The notes under the pieces: model-generated
What the model was told of the DNA's origin: nothing
Seen by the model: only the letters and a program-made list of their open reading frames with translations
Database searches by the model: none
Assembly (NCBI GenBank): GCA_964291215.2
Contig: OZ219790.1
Span: 2,080,001-2,144,000, forward strand
DNA length: 64,000 nt
Direction of reading: 5' to 3'
Source of the DNA: Alphaproteobacteria bacterium
Lineage (GTDB): Bacteria; Pseudomonadota; Alphaproteobacteria; MPNO01; UBA830
Shown here: positions 54,947-64,000 of the stretch, piece after piece
Position numbering within the stretch: position 1 is the first letter of the stretch
Layout: each line of letters starts with the position of its first letter
Translations under genes and position numbers: made by a program

Positions 54947-56098
54947 AGTATTCCTGTGTCGGCATCCGTTGGAATCTGGACAGTGTCGATATCCACACGG
55001 GCAAGATGCCGAACAGGCAGCCGCAGCCCCATGAACAGGTCTGGACAACGGGAGCGGCGCAATGACAGGAGCAGCGTATATGGCCAACTCTCGGGGCAGG
55101 AAGCTCTACCGCGTGACCCTTTCGGCGCAGGAGCGCCGGGATCTGAAGGCGATTGTCGACGGCACCGGGGCTGCCTGGCGCCGGGCACAGGTCCTGATGC
55201 TGAGGGGGCGCTTGTCGATGCCGACATTGCGCAAGGGCTGGGCATCGGCACGGCGACGGTTGAGCGCTTGCGCAAGCGCTGCGGGGGCTGGACGCCGCCC
55301 TCAGCCGCAAGGAGCAGGTGAACCGTCGGCCGAAACGGGGGCGATGGAGGCGAAGCTGATCGCCCTGTTCGTCCCCGCCCGAGGGCTGTGGACGCTGAAG
55401 CTGCTTGCCGGCCGTCTGGTGGAGATCGTCGAGCGCATTTCGGAAGAGACGGTCAGGAAGACGCTAAAAAAAGAGATCAAGCCGTGGCTGAACTGGTGCA
55501 TTCCACCGCACCGGAGCGCACAGTTCGTAGCGGCGGACGTGCTTGACATTTATCAGCGGGACTTTGCCGGGGACGAGGTGCTGGAGATCAGCCGGCAGCA
55601 GGAAACCCGCATCCCCCGGTCAGCCGGAGGTGGTCGACTATGAATATGAGCGCAACGGCACGGCCAACCTCTTCATGGCCTTTGCGCCCAACGAGAACTG
55701 GCGCACGGTGAAAGTCACCGACCGTCGCGGGACTGGGCGCACTTCATCCGGGAGCTTGCCGACGACCATTTCCCCGACAGAAAGATCGTGCTGGACAATC
55801 TGAACACGCACAGTCACTGTATGAAGCCTTCGAGCCCGAGGAGGCGGGTACGAAAGCGGTTCGAGTTTCGCTATACGCCGAAGCTGGCTCAACATGGCCG
55901 AGATCGAGATCGGTGCGCTGTCGCGGCAATGCCTTCGGCGACGCATTCCCGACCGCGACACCATGCTGCGGGAGACCGTGGCGTGGGTCGAGCGCCGCAA
56001 TGCGGCCGATGTCACTGTCGACTGGCGTTTCACGACGAAGGATGCCCGAACGAAACTGAAGTCACTATGCCCATCAATCCAATAATGCTAGACTACTA
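54947..56098 (+). mobile_element. IS630-family element, degraded
   Basis: YRVTLS..ER..L, WTLKLLA, DYEYERNGTANLF, DNLNTH, MAEIEI, VDW.FT..DAR.KL. Confidence 0.8.
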
Positions 56099-56312
56099 GG
56101 GGTGAGTAGATACCTTCGCCTTTCCATTCTTGGGAGCGCGGCTTGGATGAATACACCAACGGCCTGGTGCGGGGGCACTTCCCAAAGGGCACAGACATTC
56201 GCACGATATGCAACGAAGATGTTCAGAAGGTACAGGATCAGGTCAACATGCGGCCTAGGAAAGCCTTGGGATCGCCAACGGAGGTAATGTTTGGCCTTGA
56301 AGTGAAACCGCC

Positions 56313-57470
56313 CTGACCATCTGCGTTTCGAAGCCGCAACGTACAGCAGGGTCTATGCCGCGCGACGACGAGATAGATGATAGCATCGCGCCATCCCGAG
56401 GGCGACGCGGCCTGTCCCGGGCATCCGCTACTGGATTCTCTCGTCCCTGCACGGCGGCCTGGCACTGCGTCCTGGCATCACAAAGCGCGGGACCTCCACA
56501 TCGGCTGGCGGCGCGGGACGCTAACATCGGGCGGGTTGTCAACAACGACAGGTTTCTTCTGCTTCCTGGCGTCCGCGTCCATGGGCTTGCGTCCGTGGCG
56601 CTGTTCCATGGTCGCGTGGCGGACGATTGGGAGGAGCGCTACGGTGTTCGCCTGGCGTACAGCTACGTGGGTGCGGCGGCGTGCTGCAAGGGGTTGCGGG
56701 TGTATGTGAAGCCGCTGTCGGCGGACTGGTCTCTCGGGCGGGCCGGATGATCGGTTCAGGCCTGCGTCAAGGGAGGATGCGACATGGCGGAGTACGGACG
56801 GAGCGCGCACAGCGCCTTGTCACGATGGGCGAGGCCTGGTGCGGTCGTCCGGGTGCGCCGATAATCTTTCCCGGCGAGGCGGAGCGGCTTACAGGTTCCT
56901 GTCGAACCCGAGGATCGGCATGCAAGACATCCTTGAGCCGCATCAGGAGGCGATGCGTTGCCGCAGCCAGTCTGTTGCGGTTCAGGGATGCTGAACTACA
57001 GCGAGGCAACGCAGGGCCTTGTCGACATCGGCGGCTCTGGAAGCAAGGGGCTCATGTCGGCGTTGCGTTCAGCGGCTGCGCACTGGGGGTATTCAGCCTT
57101 GATTCCGTGCGGAGGACAAGGCAACGGCGGGCGAGGAAAGCGGACGGACGCCTTCGCCAAGTCCGCCGAGGCGGCCTGCCCGCGAACCCGCCCGTCTGCG
57201 ACCGTGAGGGCGACATGTGGTCTCTCCTGTCCGGAGGCCTGCGCCGTCGCGCCCGGCGGCTCCTGGTCCGCGCCAGCCGTTCGGGCGGGCCATCACGGCG
57301 GACGGCAAGGCCAGGGACCTGTTCGCGGCCGAATTGGACATCGTCGCGGAGAAGACGGTCGACATCGCCGCCTGTGGCGGCCCCCGGACGCGCAAGGGGC
57401 GCAACAAGCTGCGGGCCGGTCGCGTCCTGGCCGTGGGCGGCGGCGGCGAACAGATACAGCCCGGCGGCAA
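56313..57470 (+). mobile_element. IS4 (Tn5-like) remnant with N-terminal DUF4338 domain
   Basis: Left end CTGACCATCTGCG (also at 61121); VVNNDRFLLLPGVRVHGLAS..DWEERYG; YRFLSNP....DIL.PH, CDREGD. Confidence 0.65.
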
Positions 57471-57551
57471 TGACGAGAGCGGGTATGCGCATGGGAACCC
57501 CTGTCCGTGAAAGGGAACCTCCGGCCGCCCGGAGAGCGCCGGAGGAAAGAA

Positions 57552-57580
57552 GGCCCCGGCCGCGCGAAGCGGCCGGGGCC
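57552..57580 (-). terminator. Rho-independent terminator of the lipoprotein gene
   Basis: 12-bp stem GGCCCCGGCCGC/GCGGCCGGGGCC followed on the minus strand by TTCTTT, 27 bp after the stop. Confidence 0.7.
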
Positions 57581-57606
57581 CGGGAACGCGGATGCTCGGG
57601 AGCAGG

Positions 57607-59358
57607 CTACTCCGCCGTCTCCGTCTCCATCCTCGTCGAGTATGCGCCGACAGCGTGCCCGTTCGAGAAGTGGGCGTTGAACATGCCCAGGAAGCCGGCC
57701 GGGCGCCCCTCGCCGTCCTGGCTGAAGGATCTAGCCCGCCACCTGCCGGTCTTGTCGAAGTCGGTGCCGCCTATGGAACCCGTGGCAACGCCTTCGTCGA
57801 CATCGCCGCCAGTACTACTGGGAGCGTGGAAACTGGTGGCGATCTCCGCGAGCTTGACGCTCCAGTCCTCGTCGACGGCATTCCCCATGAAGTTGTCGAT
57901 CGTACCTCCCAGTTTGGGGGCGGCGCTGAACGTGGCCTTGAGCGTCACATCCGCCGTGAACCGTGCGGACCTTTGCCCCGTGTGCTCGCCGGCGGTGTAG
58001 AGCTTCAGCGCCGACAGGCCAAAGGCTTCGCCCTTGTAGGTGGCAGTGTTCGGGAGAGTGGTGCTGGCAGCAACATTCCCTTGATAAAGGGCAGGGCTGT
58101 TTGCGAGGACAATGATCCCGGTGTCGTTTGCGTTTGCGCTGCCGCCGGTTCCATACAGCCAGTACCCGTAGCGGACATAGGCATTCCACGTCGTGTAGTG
58201 GGAGTTCCTCGGCGTCATCCAGTAGTAGCGATACGAGCCCGCGTAGCCATCGTCGAATTCGTCGGCCGCCTTGAAGAACAGCTTGCCGGTCAGCTTGCCG
58301 CCCTCGGCATTGCATGTGCCCTGGCAATACAGCGTCCCCTTGACCCCCTTGTAATACTGGTCGGCGAGCATGCCGCCGGTGAGCGTGGGATACGCCGTCA
58401 GGGCCGTTCCATCCGAGCCGGTGAGTGCGGACAGGGGCATCCCGGCAAGGGGCAGGACATCGACATCCATGTTGTCGGCGCCGAAGGCCTTCTTCACGAG
58501 CATCCCATCCTTGGCGGCGATCTGCTCCCAGGTCATGACGCCGGCCGGGAGTTCGCCGTCGTCATACCTGTGATAGAACATGGATTTCCGATCGTCGTTC
58601 TCCCCGGTGGTGATGGCCTTCGTCGGCGGCATGGCGCTGCCTCTGCCGGCGGCGAGGTCCCCTGTCGGACGCCGAACGTAGGAACCCATGATTCTGCTAT
58701 CGTAAGCGCCGCTGGCGCGAGCTGTTTCCGCAAGCTGAAAGGCATAGAGCATCCGCCTCGCGGGCCTTGTCGACTCCCTGAGGAGGCCAGCGGGGGTTTC
58801 GCCGGCGCGGTTCTTGATTTTCGCCTCGGTATCGACACTCGAGAGATAGGCTGCGATCGAGCCGGCCCCGGTCAGATACCCCTCGATGAGCTTGATCTGC
58901 GCGGCCACATCCTTGCTCTGCTGATCGACCACCTTCTTCTGCGCCGCAAGGCCGGTCGTGCCGGCCGGCAGGGCATTCAGCGCCTTCAGCGCCTCATCGA
59001 TCTTCATCTTCTCCGCCCTGGCGTCCGCCAGCGCCTTCTCGGCCGCCGCCTTCGCGGCTTTTATGGCCTCGGCGTTGGCCCTGACCATCGAGCTGTCGCC
59101 GCCTGTGGAGTAGATGCGCTCAGTCGGGGACGCCTTCTTGGCCGCATCACGCTGCATTTTGGCCACTTGCTCGGCCGCCATCGCCGCCTTTTCGGCTGCC
59201 GCGGCGGCGTCGTAGGCCGCCTGCGCCTTCTGGGCGTCCGTCATCTCCATCTGCTGGTTGCCCATCGCGACCGGCTTCTTCGACCCGCCACCGCAGCCTG
59301 CGAGCGCCAGACCCGCAGCGGCCAGCGCCGCCAAGGTCACATATTTCATAGTTCTCAT
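57607..59358 (-). CDS. Surface lipoprotein with Ala-rich coiled coil and C-terminal TbpB-like beta-barrel
   Basis: Lipobox LALAGC; RBS GGAGAGGAG; C-terminal YGYWL, TATYKG.A.G, FTADV.L.A.F, LGGTIDNF, G.W...F, P.G..G.FNAHFSNG.AVGAY. Confidence 0.8.
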   Translation of the reverse strand: MRTMKYVTLAALAAAGLALAGCGGGSKKPVAMGNQQMEMTDAQKAQAAYDAAAAAEKAAMAAEQVAKMQRDAAKKASPTERIYSTGGDSSMVRANAEAIKAAKAAAEKALADARAEKMKIDEALKALNALPAGTTGLAAQKKVVDQQSKDVAAQIKLIEGYLTGAGSIAAYLSSVDTEAKIKNRAGETPAGLLRESTRPARRMLYAFQLAETARASGAYDSRIMGSYVRRPTGDLAAGRGSAMPPTKAITTGENDDRKSMFYHRYDDGELPAGVMTWEQIAAKDGMLVKKAFGADNMDVDVLPLAGMPLSALTGSDGTALTAYPTLTGGMLADQYYKGVKGTLYCQGTCNAEGGKLTGKLFFKAADEFDDGYAGSYRYYWMTPRNSHYTTWNAYVRYGYWLYGTGGSANANDTGIIVLANSPALYQGNVAASTTLPNTATYKGEAFGLSALKLYTAGEHTGQRSARFTADVTLKATFSAAPKLGGTIDNFMGNAVDEDWSVKLAEIATSFHAPSSTGGDVDEGVATGSIGGTDFDKTGRWRARSFSQDGEGRPAGFLGMFNAHFSNGHAVGAYSTRMETETAE

Positions 59359-59585
59359 CGAACTTTTCTCCTCTCCCGTTCCATAGTGAAGTGGGGCCTT
59401 AGGTTGTGGACGATTACGCAACCTGATGTCTGGAAATTGTCGTGAATCTCTCAGTCATCGAGCTGTTCATTTGATGTATGCCTTGGTTTCGGTTTCCCAC
59501 CCCCGTTCCATAGTGAAGTGCAACACATGATGGGCTGTGACCATGTGTTTTTAGACGGTGGATGAGGGGGGTGTCAGAACCCGCC

Positions 59586-59912
59586 GGGGGGGGGGGGGGC
59601 TTGCCATGGAGTGGCTTCCGACGCAGCGCGGGCGTGAACCATCCCGCTCCATAGGCTTGAATGCCAGGGAACGAATGCTCGCCGAGGGCCGTGCGACCCC
59701 GGTTGTCTGAGGTGAAAGAGCTTCGGTCCTGAAGAACGGCACCCGACGGCGTGGCGTGAGCCGCCGTGTTCCCGTCGAAGCAGGTCAGGGAAGTGGTGCG
59801 CCTGCGTGGCCGGCTCCCTGACCGAGAGGTTTGCGCTCAGGCGACGGGATATCTTCCCAAGGTCATCCGCCGATACAGTCCAGCGTCCGAATCGGGGGGG
59901 GGGGGGGGGGGG
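59586..59912. repeat. Two long poly-G tracts (G14 at 59586-59599, G19 at 59894-59912)
   Basis: Counted directly in the sequence. Confidence 0.85.
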
Positions 59913-60176
59913 TACGAAGGTCGCGCGCGCGTGAGGCACTCACGTTGTAGCCGAACGACCACGGCAGTCCGCGCATCACAACATCCCCTGATGTCTCGGT
60001 CATGCCTTCAACCTCCCGTACAACAGGTTTGCGGCCACATGCGCCGACCACAATCCTGCCATATCGCATGTACGTATAGCTCGCACAGCAGCCGAGTGCA
60101 ACCCCGTCATGTGGGAACGCACGGCGATCCCACGCTAGTAGTACACCGGCATTGTATTGATGGTTTTGGTGGGTAG

Positions 60177-61363
60177 CCCCCGTTCCATAGTGAAGTGCAA
60201 CACATGATGGGCTGTGGCCATGTGTTTTTAGACGCATGATGTTGCGGAGCTGTCCAGCAGCGGCGAGAGTTCCTGTACAAGATGGAGGGAGCCTGTTCAT
60301 GTCCAAAGGCTACCGTCACCTACGAAGAGCGATGCCAGATTGAGGCAGAAAAGCGGTCAAGGTGCGATTGCTCGGCAGCTGGGCCGATCAACAATTTTCC
60401 GGGAGATCAAGCGCAACACCGGGGGACGGGGTTACCGTCACAAGCAGGCGCAAAGGATGGCAGAAACGCGCCGCAGGGCCGCCTCGTCTGTTTCTTGGCG
60501 GTTGACGCCTCGGGCTGAAGCTCAGAAAAAGCTGCGGGAGGGCCCCGAGCAGCGGCCGTTTCCGACTGGAGGGCCGTGGGTCGGCAACGGATCCATGATC
60601 GCATTCATGAAGATCGGAGAGCTGGGGGCGCCTTGAAGCTTCGGCGGCGCGGCAAGAAGCCGAACTGGAAGGGCGGATGCCATTCCGGCCGGGTGAACAT
60701 TTCCGAGCGCCCTGCGGAGGCAAAGGAACGGGTCGGCGACTGGGAACCATCATCGGCAAAGCTCACAGTGGAACTGTCGTGTCGCTCGTGCCACGAAATA
60801 CACCTTGCTGGGTGGACAGAAAGACACGGTCGGTTCGGTCATGATCCGCCTGCTCGGCTCTGGTGCGCTATTGGTCCACACAATCACAACGGCAAGGAGT
60901 TCGCAGACCACAGGCGTGTCGCACTTGACGCAGATTTCTTCTTCGCCTTTCCATTCTTGGGAGCGTGGCTTGAATGAGCACACCAACGGCCTGGTGCGGG
61001 AGTACTTCCCGAAGGGCACGGACTTTCGCGCGACATGCAACGAAGATGTTCAGAAGGTGCGGCTCAACACTCGGAAAGTCCTGGGATCGCCGACGGAGGT
61101 AATCTTGAAGTGAAACCGCGCTGACCATCTGCGCCATGTTCCAAAGCCGCAACGTGCAGCAGGGTCCATGCCGCGCGACGGCGGAATAGTGGCTTGAAGC
61201 CGACAAAGGCGTTGCATAAGCTCGATGTTGAAGGAACTGAAGCTATTCCCAGGCGGAATCGAGAGGGGCAGAGGGGAAAAATTTGCGCAACACCCGGCCC
61301 TCATCTCCGTTCGGGCTACGCCCTCACTGCGATGAGGGCCGGGTGTTGCACTTCAGACTGGAA
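60177..61363 (+). mobile_element. IS30-family element, degraded, containing an IS4-end remnant
   Basis: Left end TTCCATAGTGAAGTGCAACAC and inverse GTGTTGCACTTCAGACTGGAA; GDWE, NGKEF, SWERGLNEHTNGLVREYFPKG; 19-bp perfect stem at 61287-61349. Confidence 0.75.
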
Positions 61364-61369
61364 GTGGGG

Positions 61370-61630
61370 CCTTTTTCGTCGATGAGGACCGCGGTTGAGA
61401 GGCGCTCCAACGAGGCGAGGTTCGGAAAGACCCTGACTTTGGAGGTGCGCCGCTTGAGCTCTTGCTGGATCGGCCGCTCGATACCGTTCGAGGTTCGCAT
61501 GCGCTTGCGGTGAGCATCGGGCAAGGTGAAGACAGCGAGCCCCGCATTCTTTTCCAGCCAGGAAGCCCGGATGCTTGTCGCTGGCCACGAGGGCGCCCAG
61601 TTCAAGCCTCGACGGTTTGGAGTGAGGACG
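61370..61630 (-). pseudogene. IS256 transposase internal fragment
   Basis: Near-identical to 33735-33990 (RTSNGIERPIQQELKRR..VRVFPN). Confidence 0.8.
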
Positions 61631-61635
61631 CATTC

Positions 61636-62741
61636 TAGTGTCTTGTCATTCATCAAATGTCGAATAAAGACGTTTGAGTTTCACGCGGGCATCGTCGGTG
61701 GTGAACTGCCAATCCACCTTGGCCTGGATGCGGTCGCCTGCCAGGCGGCAACTTCCCGACGTAACACCTCGATGCAGTCGATGCGGCGGTTCAGGCGGAT
61801 CATGACGTTGAGTTCGACCACGTTCAGCCAACTGCCGTGCTTGGGGGTGTAGACGAACTCGAAACGGTCCCACAAGGCCTCGTCCGGCGGGTAGGCCTCG
61901 TAGAGGGCGCCGGGGAGTGTTGAGATTGTCCATCACCAGGGTGATGGTGGTAGCATTCTGGTAGCGCTCGGCGATGTCGGCTAGGAACTGCGCCCAGTCG
62001 ATCTTGCGCTCGGTTACCTTGGTCATGCGCTTGCCGGCCAGGGGTTCCATGAAGACGTTGCAGGTGCCGCAACGTCGATACTCGTAGTCGTTACGTCCGT
62101 CCCGGCGCCATGGCGATCGGTTGCCGTGTCTCGCCGGTCGGGGCGTTTCGTCCATGCAGACCACGGGGAAAGCGGCGGGACGGCGATCGAGCACCTTCGC
62201 TGCGGCGAAGTCGGCGTTCCCTTGAGGAGGAATTACCCACCCGCTGCCATGGCTTGAGGCAGTTTTTTTAGCACACGCCGCACCGTCTCGTGTGACACGG
62301 CGTAACCAAGCTCAACAACGCGGTCGGCCAGCAGCCGCAACGACCATTGCGCGTAACCCTCGGGCGGTTCACCACAACTCAGGGCCACCAAGCGCGCCTC
62401 GAAGACGCCGTCGGCTTTTCGCATATAGGTAGGACGGCGCCGGCCACCCAATGCCGCCTCCAGCCCCTCGAAACGCTTCTTCACTCGGTCTACCTTGCGC
62501 ATGCTGATGCGCAGAATCTCGGCAATGACCTTCCCGGTCATCTGGCATTCATTGAACGCGCCCTCGTCGCAGTTAAGCAGGGCGTTGATTACCTTTTGCG
62601 ACAGGTGCGAGCCCTTGATCTCCGAAAGTTCTGCCCGTTCGTCCAGGGTCACCACGTAGCGTTTCATACTCCGACCTCCATCCCGAATGGACGGACAGTC
62701 TAGCATCAAATGTACGACATATCATTGCTGACATAACACTA
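61636..62741 (-). mobile_element. IS630-family element, degraded
   Basis: TIR TAGTGT(C/T)(T/A)TGTCA with TA ends; WSLRLLA, VCMDE, DYEY.R.G, MDNLNT, TPKHGSWLN. Confidence 0.85.
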
Positions 62742-62744
62742 GTC

Positions 62745-64000
62745 GTATCTACTCACCCCTTGTTGGGTTCTGATTGGCCATAGTGCTCGTTGATGATGTC
62801 TGCGGCTTTTCCGTCGAGGGCGATCTGGGTGGCGACGAGTGGGTTGTAGCCGAGTGCGGCCATGGAGGTGAGGTAGCTTGAGCCCCGGCACCATGCTTTT
62901 GCGTGGAGCGGAAGCATCCGGACACCTTGACCTTTGCCATCCTGATTTTCTGTTCTCCGGCATTGTTGGTGAAGCTGACGTTGGGGTCGTCTGTGAAGCG
63001 CAGGTTTTCGTGTTTCACGAGACGTTCGTGCAGGTTGTGCGCGTTTGCTATGCGTCCACGTTTTCCTTTCGGCGGCGGCGGGATATCGGGCAGTTCCCTG
63101 GCGCCCTGCGTGAGGATGGTGCGGTAGCGCTTGCGCCCGGCGTCGTTCAGGGTCTTGGATGCGCTCTTGTTGACCTTGTGGCAGACCTCGCGGAGCAGGC
63201 TCTTCATCAGTCGCGCGGTAGCCTCGACGACAAAGGTCAGTTCGCGCAGCAGGTGGCTGCCGCACAGCTGGTGGCTACACTGCCATGTACGAGGCCCAGG
63301 ACGCCCTTGTAGCACGGGCCGATCTCTTGCCCGCGCTTGCGGTGCGGGAACTTGCACGTCAGGGCCCCACGACATGGAGCCACTTACTGTTGATCCGAAA
63401 TCATCGACATCGGGCGTTGCAGGAGGTGCGCCACGGCGGCTTCCTCCCATGACACATCGTGAAAGCATAGCCGAGGCCTCGGAGAGCTTGATGCCAGAGA
63501 TCGCCTGCACGAACGCAACGGCACGGCGCAGGGACAGCATTTGGGCGACCAGCAGGTTGATGACGAGGGCCTGAATGCCGATGCCGTACTGCACGGGATG
63601 TTGTCGGGGAACCGGCCCTTGCACTTCGGGCATTCCTTGATCTCGGCGCGGCGCTTGACGACCTCGAAGACGATGTCATGCGGCGCTCCCGATCGACGGG
63701 GCCGTCGATGTCAGCGCCGCAGGCGTCGCAGGCCGCGACCGTTTCCTCGACGATGGTCTTGCGCAGGTTGTCGCCCATCTGCCGGTTCGGCTTCGGGCCG
63801 TTGCTCCCGGCACGCTCTTGTCCGTCTGTGACGGCGGCAGACCGGAGTTCCGGCTCGTGCGTGGTCTTCTCCAGAAGGACGACGATGAGGATGTCGAGCA
63901 GGATGACGAAGACGCGGATCACGGCCTCTTCCGCCACCTTGCCGGCAGCGCCGCGGTCTTGGCCGCTTCGAACTCCTCGCGCGCCGCCCGTCGCCATCAC
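62745..64000 (-). mobile_element. Second copy of the ISBst12-like IS66 element, running off the window
   Basis: Starts GTATCTACTCACCCC; highly similar to 20423-21725. Confidence 0.85.

Larger units (their letters stand above)
52778..56312 (+). mobile_element. IS30-family element fragmented by nested insertions
   Basis: Left end CCCGTTCCATAGTGAAGTGCGACAC; TYEERCQIE, REIKRN; C-terminal SWERG.DE.TNGLVR..FPKG at 56114-56312; colinear with 60177-61120. Confidence 0.7.

Noticed and set aside
1-57470. Druantia defence system suggested by DUF4338
   Set aside because: No DruE helicase or other dru genes; four of five copies sit next to transposases
57592-59445. 617-aa plus-strand ORF
   Set aside because: Antisense to the lipoprotein, which has the RBS, lipobox and terminator

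Overview
GC-rich (by eye about 65-68%), probably alphaproteobacterial DNA; the gene mix resembles host-associated MAGs, but that is inference. Positions 1-36.4 kb are an accessory/defence region. It holds three Arm-domain tyrosine recombinases (one intact), a DUF2493/SLOG gene, a Type II R-M pair, an MmeI-like Type IIL/IIG enzyme and an ABC-ATPase + DUF4276 pair, among many nested IS (IS4, ISKra4, IS66 x3, IS701, IS630, IS5, IS110 x2, IS256, ISAs1). About 24 kb of it (3830-27929) sits inside one split transposase, between 8-bp direct repeats. Positions 36.7-52.6 kb are mostly intact core-like genes: amidohydrolase, cupin, TauD dioxygenase, MetE-like, PaaK-like, DOPA-dioxygenase, a histidine kinase/binding protein/REC-PP2C-RsbW/REC signalling cluster, and glnE. 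Positions 52.7-64 kb are decayed IS around one intact TbpB-like surface lipoprotein. The most unusual signal is five DUF4338 (DruA-like) domains, four of them directly N-terminal to transposases of two unrelated IS families. No rRNA, tRNA or CRISPR array was seen. All family calls come from motif recognition by eye, not from database searches.
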